From Podarcis bocagei (Eukaryota), in assembly GCA_964188305.1 (NCBI GenBank), contig OZ076892.1: a stretch of DNA of 64,000 nucleotides, one strand, 5' to 3'. The notes under the pieces are model-generated. The model did no database searches. It had not been told where the DNA came from and worked only from the letters and a program-made list of their open reading frames with translations. The stretch's first letter is position 1. Every line of letters begins with the position of its first letter. A program made the position numbers and the translations under genes. This document shows positions 49,875 to 62,352 of the stretch, in pieces.

Positions 49875-50742
49875 TATTAGGTGGCTGGAAGAGCACGCTC
49901 TGTCCTAGCAGAGTGGTCCTGGCATCACTCTGCAGGCAGCTGGAGGCCAGCAGAGCCGGGCAGAAAGAAACCAGCACCCAATCCAACCTCTTGCTCCCCC
50001 ACATCTTGCTCCACATCCCATCACAAAGGGGGTTTGGACCTCTCCCTTATTTGTGCTGTCTTGGTTGTATTTGTTAGTTCTGTGAGCCGCCCTGGCAACA
50101 TTTACAAGTAGGGTGGCACAGTCATGTTAAGATTAGATTTAAACGCAAACACTAAAAGACCAGAAGCTGAGCATTTGGAAGGAACAAGTCCCTTCTGGTT
50201 TTGTTACTAGATTCAGCAATAACACACACACACACCCCAAACCCGTCTGCTTGCCTGCCCCCCTATTTCTTTCTTGCAGGCAAAACAATCAGAATGTTGT
50301 GGGCTTTATTATGCAATGCTTGTAACATCGTTGGAGAGAACTGTAAAACTTCAAGCGATTATTGTTAATCAGGAAATTTCCAGGCGATCAGTTCCCCATG
50401 GTTACCAAAGAGTTTTCTGAAAGCAAACCTGGCAGACAATAAAACAATTGATCATAATTATTTAGTCATGGGGAATTAGATTAAAAAGAAGAGACAAGGA
50501 GAGCAAAAATCCGTATGAAGGAGGAATGTGTGGCTGGTGCTGCAGCTGCAAAGATAGAGGGAAATTGATTTCTTTTTTGCCAAAGGAAAGTGGGGGCGGA
50601 GGGAAGGGGAGATAACTCTTGAAGCAATTTTGATGCTTCTTCTTTATGAATTCTCACACAATAGCCTTTACTCTCCCCTAAACATAAAATCCTATAAAAG
50701 GATCAGTCTTTCTTGTACAGATAGTGCTATTGGAGTGCTATT

Positions 50743-51119
50743 GGATGCGGGTGGCGCTGTGGTCTAAACAACCGGGCCTCTTGGGCTTGCCAATCAAAAG
50801 GTTGATGGTTCAAATCCCTGTGATGGGGTGAGCTCCCATTGCTCTTTCCCAGCTCTTGCCAACCTAGCTGCTCGAAAGCATGCCAGTGCAAGTAGATAAA
50901 TAGGTACCAATGTGGTGGGAAGGTAAATGGGGTTTCAGTGTGCTCTAGTTTCCGTCACAGTGTTCTGTTGCACCAGAAGCGGTTTAGTAATGTGGGCCAC
51001 ATGACCCGGAAAAATGACTGTGGACAAACGCTGGCTCTCTTTGGCCTGAAAGCAAAATGAGCATGCAACCCCGTAGTCACCTGTGGCTGGACTTAGCCAT
51101 TCAGGGGTCCTTTACCTTT
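50743..51119 (+). mobile_element. Sauria SINE
   Basis: GGATGCGGGTGGCGCTGTGG head, GCAAGTAGATAAATAGGTACC core, CCTTTACCTTT tail. Confidence 0.85.
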
Positions 51120-51280
51120 TTACTTTTCTTGGAGCTGAAGTAGCTTTTGTGTAGGGGAAGGATGGGGAACCTCAGGCTCAGGGGTCAGATGCAGCCCCCC
51201 AAGCCTCTCTACCTGGCTCTTGAGGCTCTCCTCAGGTCACACACCCTCCCCCGCCACACCCCTCACTGGCCCTGTTTCTC

Positions 51281-52322
51281 TTTTTTTTTATATAAAATTT
51301 TTATTAGGATTTTCTCATTTTTTAAGACAAACACACAAAAAACATAAACATCAACATTACACACAAATAACACATATAATTTCAAAATCTTATTTTCTTA
51401 ACCACTTTCCCGGACTTCCCCCACCTCCCCTTCTTGCATCCCCATTCAAAATTTAGCCCAGCAAGTTCTTTGTACCCAGATTAACCTTATTAATATTTTA
51501 CTTAAATCATCTTAATTAACCAATTTCAAACTTCTATACCTCATTTTAATACCCACATCAACCCCTTTTTCTAAGATCGATCCACATTCCCTTTCACGGA
51601 ATTCCCAATTATTAAAATATTTACAAAAAATCTTAACAAATAAGAGCATATACTTGTAACCCTTTGGATTCTAAGGCTCTCTCCCCCCCCCCCCCGGTTT
51701 TGATCCCTAAAGAAAATTGTCCTTCTATCTAACAGTTCTCAGCCTGGATCTATCACATCCGAGGCCTTTAAATCTGTTTCAGTCCCTTTCAGCCGGTTTT
51801 GTTGACTGTCCTTTATGTTGAACATCCGATCTCGGAGCATCTTTGACCCAAAAGGGTCCAATTTTTTTCCAACCAGTCCTCCATATTCAAAGGAAGAGTC
51901 CAGATCTTGCTTCTTGTTCTTTCCAAGTCCAAATATCCCAAATGTCTCAAACGTTCCAATTTTCACCTTAGTCAAATTTGTAATCCATAAGTCTTCCGGA
52001 CTCCCCATGGGAAAAAATCCCCACTCTTCATTCTCAATTTCAAACCAAATTTTTGACATCCGAACTTTATCTTCCATATATCCTGACCTTAGAGGCCTCT
52101 GGTTGTCCTTTTTCACTTGCATCATTTCTGCTCCTTCTTCACATTCCTCCAAAACACCACATATATCTTGCTTCCCAGCTGCAGATTCTTCTTGAGTCAA
52201 GTCCACCACTTCAGCAGAGTTGTTTATTTTAAAATTCAAGGTTGTCAGATTCGTAGCCATAACAAAACTCTGCTCTTGCAGCTTTCCCAGAAGTTCAAAG
52301 ACCCTATCCAACTCTGCTTGTA
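51281..52322 (-). mobile_element. 5'-truncated non-autonomous L1-dependent retroelement related to 20706-22866
   Basis: 17-bp TSD CACTGGCCCTGTTTCTC (51264-51280, 52323-52339); poly(A) and AATAAA on the minus strand; frame open from the junction to the stop at 51739. Confidence 0.8.
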
Positions 52323-53850
52323 CACTGGCCCTGTTTCTCACCCTCCTTGAATGTTTTTGCCTGGCTGGAATATGCCTTTGAACTCTGCGAGTGCCTCTCG
52401 CTTGCCTGGGTGGAGAGGGGTGTGTGAATGTGTGCAGAAACCACACACACACACACCGTACCTTGCTACTGCTTTGGCCTCTGTTCTTGCACACCACTGG
52501 CATGTGGGCCTCACCAACAGTCACCTCTTCAACAGCAGCAGCATGCATAGAGGCCCTTGTTTGTGTAGTTGTGCAAAAACTGAGGGCTCTCCAAGGACAG
52601 AAAAGGTGCTTTCCGTTAGGGGCAATTGTAGCGATGCATAGAAAGGGGCTGTATGCAGATGGCCCTTTCTTCCATTCCCCTGACATTTCCTTCCCTGTTC
52701 ACTTCTGCATTTTATGTTATCTTTTACATAATGGAAAAGCCGCTTCTGGAAGCCTGGTGAAATCTATTGGAAGTTTAGCACTCGTTTCTGTGATCATTGT
52801 TTCCAGAGGGGGAAATATCAGTTTGCAACCCTGTTAACTCGGAAAAAAATATTTTGCAATTCCACGTGATGAAATCTGGGGCCAGTCTCGCAACAGACAG
52901 CTCTTTCCGACCGTTTGAAATGCAGCGTGGCATGGCAGTATAGCTATCCAAAGGCTACAGTTCTATAATGCGACAGGTAGTGCAGCATAAAAGGAATGTG
53001 GTGTTTCTTGTGTTTGTTTTCTAACATCTGGATTCAGCCAAGGGACACCCCCCCCCCAAACGCAACAGGTGCTCACTTGTAGGAATGAGAGAGAAAATCA
53101 GTTTGGCTGACATTTAAAGGCAAACCTACATAGTCCCCATGTGTCTAAACCAGGGGTTGGCAAGGCTTACCAGATCACTCCCACAGAGATCCTCTGTGGG
53201 CCGGACTGGCACAGCACGATGCCGAAATCATGTCTGCACATGTCCGTGGCGCCGGAAATTGCTTCTGCGCATGCCCAGACGCTGAAAATCATGCCTGCGC
53301 AGAAGCGATTTCGGGAGCCGCGGAAGAGAGTCAACACGCCATGCTGCACTGGTTTAGCACAGCGCGCGGGGACTTGCCGAGTGGGCAGCTTGGCTCGGGG
53401 GCAGCTCACGGGCCAGTTAAGCGACTCTCATGGGCTGCTTCTGGCCCATGGGCCTTATTTCCCCCATCCCGAATTTCCACTTCTCAGAATTTTCCAAAAA
53501 ATATCTCCTTCTAATGCGCATGTGCAAGAATGCATATATTAGGGGAAAGTTCGTGTATAAATACAAGCATTCATGAACATGCATTATATCAGGAGAAACT
53601 GCCTGCAAAAAAAAAAGCCGACACATTTCAATGAGGATTTTTTAATTTCGAAAATCGCAAACCAATGTGGAAGTGTGGAGAGCTGAATTTTATACTGGCA
53701 AAATGAGAAACTGAGATAAACCTAAACTGGCAGATTAATCTATCCTTCCTTGCATGCAGAGGAATTTTGGACTATTGGTGTCAGGACAATGAATGTGGCT
53801 ATTTGATGAGGGCGGGGGAAGTCCTCTTGTCACATGCCCATTGGAAGCAA

Positions 53851-54189
53851 GTTGTTGTTGTTGTTGTTGTTGCTGTTGTTTAGTCGTTTAGTCGTGTCCG
53901 ACTCTTTGTGACCCCATGGACCAGAGCACGCCAGGCACTCCTGTCTTCCACTGCCTCCCGCAGTTTGGTCAAACTCATGCTGGTAGCTTCGAGAACACTA
54001 TCCAACCATCTGGTCCTCTGTCGTCCCCTTCTCCTTGTGCCCTCCATCTTTCCCAACATCAGGGTCTTTTCCAGGGAGTCTTCTCTTCTCATGAGGTGGC
54101 CAAAGTATTGGAGCCTCAGCTTCACGATCTGTCCTTCCAGTGAGCACTCAGGGCTGATTTCCTTAAGAATGGAGAGGTTTGATCTTCTT
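53851..54189 (-). mobile_element. Bov-B (RTE) LINE 3' end
   Basis: KLRLQYFGHLMRREDSLEKTLMLGKMEGTRRRGRQRTRWLD...WRALVHGVTKSRTRLND with a (CAA)n tail. Confidence 0.92.
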
Positions 54190-56772
54190 TGTAGGAGTTA
54201 TCTATGCCAATACTGATAAGTCTTAAGATGAATGCCTTTGGCAAAATGCAGCAAACCTATCTGATGACTGCATGAGTGGGCTTGAATGGTGGAACAGTAC
54301 TTATTTATTTTTCTGTTCTAAAGTGTATCCCTGATGGTTGGTGGGCATGTGTTTCAAGATAGCCTAGTCATTTTGTCACAATGTACAGAGAGATCAATAT
54401 TGTTATCACTCCCCTCTTTGTGTAAATAACTGAGATACATGCTGGAACATTCTCATTTACATATCATAAATGCTGCCTTTCCAAAAGCAACTGAATCCTG
54501 GGTTTTCTGCTTTGCTTTCTAACCGCTCTGGTGACGATGCTTTTGAAAACCGATATCCAGGATTTAATGGGCCCTTAACAATATTCATGGGAAGAAGGAA
54601 CAGGGCCAAAAAAAAATTAGACAAATGAAAGAAAAAGAATAACTGATGCAGGATATAAATCTTTTTTTAAAAATCCTCCAAGGTTTAATGATAATGACAG
54701 TTTTCACAATGAAACTGTGAAACAGACTGCGTGGAAAGTGATGTTTCTCATTGGACATTTCTCAAGCAGAAGCTTGAGGGCCACCTTTCAAGATTGCTGC
54801 AGCAGTCAGCTTCCAAAAATAAACAGTGGGTTGGTTTAGTTGACCTCTAAGTACTCTTGCAAGTCTATGCTTTACTTTCGAGTAGTCCAGCTGATTTGCT
54901 GGAAATGCAAAACTATCGCTTCTAACCCTCTTAAAAATGCCACCCAGATTTCAGCACATACTTTCCGGCATTTAAGTCTTAGTGGTTCAGGCAGCTCTTA
55001 AGTGTGCATATTGGTCTAGAATAAAAGAAAGCACTGGTTCCAATGTGACAGCAGAAACTACTGGGCATGTGTGACGGCAGTCACACATTTCTTTGAGATG
55101 TTCAACTTTTCCCCTGCAATGATGGAGGGAAAACTAGTCACTCGTTTGAGCCCTTTGCTTCCTTGAATAATTTAAGCATTCAAATCCATATTTAATGGAT
55201 AAGTTCTTGTTCATCAAGACAGTAAAATGAAGGAAATGGATCCTGGTGGTAAAAAAGAGAGAAGAAAATCAAAGTTCTGGTCAGATATATTCCCTCTAGG
55301 AGAGATTAATGTGGGAAGGAAGGATATGAAAGAATAAAGGCGAAAGATGAGGGAAGGAGGCAGAACAATAAGGAGTCTGCTGAGGAGAAACTATAGTCAT
55401 TTCTTCGCTCTCCTTCTCCATGTTTCAATAAAAAATATATTGCATTTTCATTCCATCCTTTTTCCAAAGGGCTCAGTGGCCTCCCCCCCCCCACTGGATC
55501 TTTCCTGACAGCCCTGTGAACAAGTTTGGGCTAATAAACAGCAACAGTCTCCAGGTCTTCCAGGTGGTTTCATGGAGTAGGGTCTTCCAGCGCCAACATT
55601 TATTTATTGCATTTATTTTATTGCCTTTATATCCACCTTTTTTGTACAAGGAGCTCAAAGTGGTGCACACAGTTCTCCCTCTCCTCATTTTATCCCCACA
55701 ACAACCCTGTGAAGTAGGTCAGGCTGAGAGGTGACTGGCCCAAGGTCACCCAGGGAGCTTCGTAACCAAGTGGGGATTTGAACCCTGGTCTCCCGGGTCC
55801 TAGGCCAACACTCTAACCCCTGCACCACACTGGCTCCTTATTCTAAAGGCTACTTCAGCTTTTCCCAGCCTCGGGTCCCCAGATCACCCTCCTGTCCTGT
55901 TTTTTCCAGCAACTGGTATTCAGAAGCAAACTGCCTCCGCCAGTGTGGGTACAACATAGCCTGACCATGGTGGTCCATGTATTGGTAACCTCAAGGCTGG
56001 TTTACTGCAATGCACTCTGTGTGGGGCTGCCCTTGGGTCTGGTTTGGAAGCTACAGCTGGTGCAGAATGCAGTGACCAGACTGCTGGTGGAAGTTTCTGG
56101 CTGAGAACGTGTAGCAGTGTTGTTAAAACAGCTGCATCAGCTACCCACCTGCTACCCAGCCAAGTTCATAGTCCTTGTATTGACTTACAAAGTCCTACTG
56201 AAAGAGTTTAGGAGGGGAGGATGCATATGGAATTAATTCTTTCCCAAGTTCAGTATGAACTGACCTGGCTGAAACCTCCTGAACTAATGAGCAGGCATGA
56301 ACCACAGAGCTATCCTTGCCATTTTGCACTTCTCCAAACTTTGTGATGCAGTTCTCTGCTTTAAAAGGTAATGAGACGTATATTAAAAATGTGTACTGAT
56401 TTAGCAATGCAGCACTTGTGAAAAAAAATATGGATTTTCATGCATTTTTTTATTAGAAAAGCAGATTAATGCTATTGGACCAGATGTATAAATGAATGCA
56501 TTTGAAACTGACAGGGACCAGAGGAAGAATGATAAATCCATCCCCAGAGGTGGGGGCCTGAATTTCACATACTATTTTGAACTAACTGTATCATTAATTG
56601 CAGGCCTCTTTCTTTTTTCACATCAGCTAAACAAGGGTACAACAACACAGCCGAGAAATCTGATAGCTTGGGGGCCTTTGTTCATCCAGACCAGGAAACA
56701 TCCATGCTTCCTGGGCAGAGAGCAAGCATAATCTACAGTTGACACGCCTTTCCCTTTGTCTCCTCCCTGCAG

Positions 56773-57122
56773 ATACACCAAGATGAAAACAGCCACCAAT
56801 ATCTACATCTTCAACTTGGCCTTGGCAGATGCCTTGGCCACTAGCACACTGCCCTTCCAGAGTGCTAAGTACCTGATGGAGACCTGGCCTTTTGGGGAGC
56901 TGCTCTGCAAGGTTGTCCTCTCCATTGACTACTACAACATGTTTACGAGCATCTTCACCCTCACCATGATGAGCGTGGACCGGTACATAGCGGTCTGCCA
57001 TCCAGTCAAGGCCCTGGATTTCCGGACCCCAGCAAAAGCGAAGTTAATCAATGTTTGCATCTGGGTTCTTTCGTCTGTCATTGGGGTGCCCATCATGATC
57101 ATGGCTGTCACCCGATCTCAAG
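56773..57122 (+). CDS. OPRD1: Delta opioid receptor coding exon 2 (ICL1-TM4), 350 nt
   Basis: Acceptor ctccctgcAG at 56771-56772. Encodes (R)[46 protein letters not shown]...SIDYYNMF...[22 protein letters not shown]; [17 protein letters not shown] is delta-type. Ends at CAAG|GCAAGT (GC donor), phase 1. Confidence 0.96.
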
Positions 57123-58881
57123 GCAAGTGTCTTGTTGCCACATTCCAGTCAATCCTCCTTTGTGTGGGCTTTGGAAGGCAGAGACACCACTTTCCTGCTC
57201 TCTAAACCACAGCCAGAGATGCCCATAAGGCTGTACATAGATGTGTGTGATTTTATCAGTGAGTCTGCTGTAAAAGTTCCCTCACCACATTTTAGACACA
57301 CGTAGAACCTTCTGACTTGAACTAAGCTTAGGGAACATTGGATCTTTCCGTTTTCAGTGGAAGGCATATTAGCACAGCACTGTTTCAAGCATGAGGCCAC
57401 CTCCCCACACCACAATACTAATTGGCTAGTCCCTGTGTCAGTCATGAACCTCCTCCGACTTTTCAGAGCACTTTTGAAACTGTTCTGCCACAAATAGCAG
57501 CTTCTTTCCTGCAATAGATAGAAAATGTCTCCCTCCCCAAAATAGTTCCTATGGGACCTTGGCAGAGGACAAAATAGTGTTTGGTTTTTCAAAAGTTAAA
57601 GAACCCTTCCCTGCACACCATATCCCCAACCTTGTTGTCTATTTAAAACCATATATCACCCATTTAAAGTAAATTCAACCATCTAGTCATCAGGAGGTGG
57701 ATCTGAAGAACCACCAAGAACAACAAAGAAAAAAAAAAGGTAGTTCTAAACCACAGGACACTAAATACCACCACCTTGTCTAAACTCTAGGAAAAGGAGC
57801 TATCTAAAAGCATGGTTCCAGAGACTCCCATTTCTGGAATGGGAAATGCAAGTCTCATGGGCTTATACTGTTCCGCCTCAAAGACAAAGCACGTGTTGAA
57901 AGTCCCAAATTCTTCTCCATCTCAGATTTTGATTCTGAGCCAGAGAAGATTCCCCTACTGGATGTGGAGGGCACAATGAGTCACATGGCTGAGATGGCGA
58001 ATTGGGAGTGGCAGCTAGCTGGCCAGTTGATTGGTTAGCTCGCTAGCCCTGCCACCACTTCTCCCTACCAACATCTGCCCCACCCTGCTGCTTTCCTCCA
58101 ACCTTCATGGTAGCTGCCAACAAAGGCATGAGTGCTCAGTGCCTCGCTCTGAGAAATGGGTGAGGCACTGTGGGTGAAGTTGCTTGGAGTTACTGTTTAA
58201 CATTTACCTTAAGTCTTTAAAGCCTCTTTGCTAGCAGTGAGCAAGCAACCAGGCCAGCAGGCAAGTTAGGTTGGAGGAAGCAGCAGGAAGATAGGTGGCG
58301 GAGGCAGTTTCAGGATCTGCAATGTCTTGCACTGACCCTGCCTTTTGTGTGCTGGAGCAGTGAGAGGTAAATGTCCCTTCCTTCCTTGGCTGGCCACAGC
58401 CAGAACACCAGAAGAGGGCTGAAAGTCTTTGAAAGATCATGACAGGGAGGCAGGCTTGGGTGGTGAGGGAGAGAGCCTGTAGGCTCACGGAGAAGAGCTT
58501 CCACTTGCATTATTGTTGTTGTTGCTGCTGCTGCTGTTGTTGCTATTAATATCAGTAGTAGTATTACTTGTATTATCAATATTACTATTAGTATTAAAAA
58601 ATGAAATCTGCTTTATTCGCTTTGTGAGTTCCAGTTAGTTGATTGAGTCATAAAGAAGACACTCTTAGGAATACTCCATTATGTTGGCATGAGTTAGGAG
58701 TTACAATATCAGCAAGTCCTGATAGTCCTACATTTGCTTCAATGAACAGACGGCAGTGAAAATCAGCATCTGTGCTGATGGAGCCTTGGGAAATAATGTC
58801 CAAGCTGGACCCCTCTCTATCTCTGTATCTCCATCTGCTGAATGAAAGTCACCTCACTCTCTTCCTCTCCTTTTGCTGCAG
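57123..58881 (+). other. OPRD1: OPRD1 intron 2 (GC-AG)
   Basis: Starts GCAAGT and ends CTGCAG. This donor gives TRSQGGIVMC, colinear with mammalian TRPRDGAVVC. Confidence 0.85.
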
Positions 58882-59414
58882 GTGGCATCGTGATGTGTCT
58901 CCTGCAGTTTCCTGAACCTCAGATCTACTGGGACACAGTCACCAAGATCTGCGTCTTCATCTTTGCCTTCTTGGTTCCCATCTTGGTCATCACCATCTGC
59001 TACGGGCTCATGATTCTCCGCCTGAAGAGTGTCCGCCTCCTCTCAGGCTCCAAGGAGAAGGACCGCAACCTGCGCCGTATCACACGCATGGTGCTGGTGG
59101 TGGTGGCTGCCTTCATCATCTGCTGGACACCCATCCAGATCTTTGTCATTGTTTGGACCCTGGTGGGCATCGACAAGAAGAACCCCTATGTGATGGCCAG
59201 CCTCCACTTTTGCATTGCCCTGGGTTACACCAACAGCAGCCTCAATCCTGTCCTCTATGCTTTCTTGGATGAGAACTTCAAGAGGTGCTTCCGAGAATTC
59301 TGCCTCCCCTTCCGGTCACACAGGGAGCAGAGCAGCTTCAGCCGGGCCAGGAACACCACGCGAGAGCGTGTCTCGACTTGCGCTCCTTCTGAAGTCCTCA
59401 ATAAGTCGGCATGA
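58882..59414 (+). CDS. OPRD1: Delta opioid receptor coding exon 3 (ECL2-TM7, C-tail), 533 nt including TGA
   Basis: Acceptor ttttgctgcAG at 58880-58881. Encodes [11 protein letters not shown]...[17 protein letters not shown]...CWTP...IVWTLV...[27 protein letters not shown]...SSFSRAR..RERV. W284 and the C-tail are delta-type. Exon sum 227+350+533=1110 nt is in frame. Confidence 0.97.
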
Positions 59415-62315
59415 CTAGACATGGACAGCCACAAAAGAGGCTCCCGTGGACGCAGAGTGGATGAACTGCAGTCAGAAGTGACCCAGGTCACAACTACAGA
59501 ATTTTAGCTGAACTGTAGGAATGGCCAGAAGGGGGAAAAAGGAGCAGTGCACAAACATTGTGGACTTTTGCAAGTAGTTGCAAATGTTAAGTCCCCCCTA
59601 CAACCATGAACAGAGTACCCACAAGAGAGGCATCAACTGCCAAGTGATATTTGGGTGTGAATTTCTTTGGTTCTGAAGTGAATTCTTAAGACTGGCATTG
59701 ATTGAATGTCTTTTACAGGGTTGATGTTTTCTTAATCATCCTGTGTTGGCTTTAAGTAATTTTGAAAAGTTCACTGCACATATCTTTGTTATGTTGTAGA
59801 TGGTTGGGCCATTGATTAACACATCAGTGTTCATTCTGTTCCTCCATTCATTATTTGCTAGTATTTTGTAGGGATTTACGGTGGCTCTGTATACTTCCTG
59901 GATTACCAGACTGCACTGTTGAAGAGACATCTCAAGTCAGATCACTGACTCTCTAAACTTGCAAGTTGCTCTGTGGACTCTGTGTCCCCACTCAAAAATA
60001 CACACTGCATTTCTTTTTTAATCAAAGCAAAACGAAACTGGCTAGGGAAATGCCCTGTAGAGGCAATTATTTTCCCAGAACACTCCATTCACAGTGATTT
60101 GGAGCGGAAATGTTGACTAAATATTAAAACAGTTTGTTCTTCACATGGATCATGTCCCGTTCCACCCTGCTGCATCACCCCTTCTTCTATACAAGTCAGT
60201 GGTGATATCTCCCTCCCTGAGGCAGAAGGGGTTGTATCCCCAAAAATCCAGCAGGGGAGCAAAAGTCCAACAACACATGGGGTAGTAAGGTTCTAGCTGG
60301 AGTACATTGGCAGTTCCCCCATCCTAGTATTTCCTGAAGGTTCTTGCTCTTTTCCCCACCCCTATTACCCCCTATGCATACTACTGTATCCACTCCAAAA
60401 CGCTAATGCTTCCCTTGCAGGGGAACCAGTTCAACTATCATTCTGAAATTTGGTGTGCTTCATCCCATCATAAAGGCAGACTATGCCTGCAAATTGCATC
60501 ACATGTTGGCAGAAAACAAAATACATTTTCTTTCTTTTCTAAATCAAACTTTAAAAGTGTCGTTTACACACACACTAAACCCTAGTTGTATCTCCTAACA
60601 TTTGGCTGGCTTAATCCACTCTGGAGGAACTAACGTGCCTGCAAATTTCATCCACTCATATGAAAAAAAATATATAGATAGTCTTTTCTTTTAGATTCCT
60701 CGTTTTAGTGAAGATGGGGGAGCTTCATTCTCAACAAATATAATTTTGTCTCAAATTATGAGTCAAACTGGAAAACTACAGAGTGGCTCCAAAACTGCTG
60801 CTTCCCAAAGCTACAGATAAAAACTGAATCTTGTGGCCAGTGCACACCCTGAGGGTTTTGACTCCACTTTAACAGATAATGGAAGTATTGAAGTGATGAA
60901 GTACAACACATTGCATAAGATAATGTTTTTGTTTCCTTTTGTTTTTTAGTGAACATGCCACTGGCTACCAAATTTAAATTCAGTTATTCATTCAGAGGAA
61001 CAGATATTTGATTTTGATTTGCAGATTTGAAACAGTCAATTTATTCCAGCTCTTGCCAGGCGAGGAGAAGGGAATGCCATAGTACTGGGAAAGGACTCTA
61101 GACCTCCGCTGGTAAGAGCTTAATCACAAAGTAATCAGTACTGCTCAGCAACAGAAATGGGAATGTTGTGGTTTTTCATGCACTGCTCATCTGTGTTATT
61201 ACAGTTTTATCTCTCTGTGATAAGCAAAAATTGGTAAACCCATTAACTTGCTTCTCTAATATGAGCTGCCCTTCTAGCTCTGGGAAGAGGACCATGCACC
61301 CAATTGAACTCTGGACAGGGAGACAGAAATGAAAAGTTGGTGGCACCTCGTGCATGGGTTGCCTTTGGATCCTCCTCATAATCAACAGCAAGTTGCACCA
61401 CTGCAGGGAGAGTCACTCTTTACCCTCGTTGCTCCACTGTGCCAAAGCAACACAAATCCAAGGAAGCCTGCAAGTTCAAATCAGGATTCTCCAATAGCAC
61501 AAAAGCCTTCCTTCAATTGTGAAGGCTCCCTTCTCTTTTGTATTTTCCTCGCCGTTCTGACATTAGAACCCTGGGGAGCCAGCTAAAGCCTTGCTACATC
61601 CGCTCAGGAACTCCAGCAGCGAAGAAAGGCACACATTGAACTGCCCCTTATTGTACATATCAATTTCCCAGGAATGCCCCAGCGTTACTTGGGCGGCAGT
61701 TCCTGCGTGAACAAGCTTTGGGACATCAGCAACTGAGGCCTGTGTGTCATTTTGGTGTGTCTGGTGTTCAACCGCTTTCTGCATTGTTGTTTACTACTGC
61801 CTTACCCCCATGCGAGTCAGATGGCCCCTCAGCTTCTCCGGTGTGATATCTGACCTACCTAGGTCACAGTATCTGGAGTGGGGGGGGGGAGATTGGTGGC
61901 AAAACACAAATCTACACAAGGAACATTTGTATTTCAAAAACAAAACTGACTCAATAAAAGGGGTCAATGAACTGCAAAGTATTTGATATTCATTTTGATT
62001 TATTTCAATCTGCCGTACCTCAAGGATTTAGTGCAGCACCCCAGAATCCTGTTTTGCAATGCTCATCACTTTGCATCCCATTAGGTAGGCACAGTAACAG
62101 CAGGTGCAGCAAGTTAGTGAACCTTTTTCAGACTAAGTCCTACTTTCACCTTGTGGAAACCTGTTGGGAGCAGCACTCCAGTAGTGGGCAGGACTGAACC
62201 CAAATGTGGACTGAGGCACAGACACAGAGCTATTTCCCATGGAAACGGTGTCATGCCATTTCACTCAAGTGTCACCTCCCATTTTTGCCATAGATTTTCT
62301 TTTCAAAGTTTGTAA

Positions 62316-62352
62316 AATAAAGAAATAAAAATTATCTCCAGCAAACTTTATT
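62316..62352. terminator. Cluster of convergent polyadenylation signals
   Basis: AATAAA on + at 62316-62321 and 62324-62329; AATAAA on - at 62347-62352 (another on - at 62609-62614). Confidence 0.4.

Larger units (their letters stand above)
15720..56772 (+). other. OPRD1: OPRD1 intron 1 (~41 kb, GT-AG)
   Basis: GTAAGG start and pyrimidine tract + CAG end. Joins AG+A to give the Arg codon in GIVR|YTK, the conserved opioid receptor intron position. Confidence 0.92.

Noticed and set aside
52323-52686. N-terminal part of the 315-aa minus-strand ORF 51739-52686 as a real gene
   Set aside because: It lies outside the 17-bp TSD, in a different host repeat with a (CA)n tract; it is a chance in-frame extension.
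56756-56772. ORF-track starts MSPPC (56756) and MKVTSL (58842) as protein N-termini
   Set aside because: Both are intronic pyrimidine tracts upstream of clear AG acceptors.
56627-57001. Antisense ORFs over exons 2 and 3
   Set aside because: Shadows of coding-strand codon bias, with no independent signals.
58882-59414. Assignment to OPRL1 (because of Gln6.52) or to OPRM1/OPRK1
   Set aside because: [44 protein letters not shown] and the exon sizes are all delta-type.
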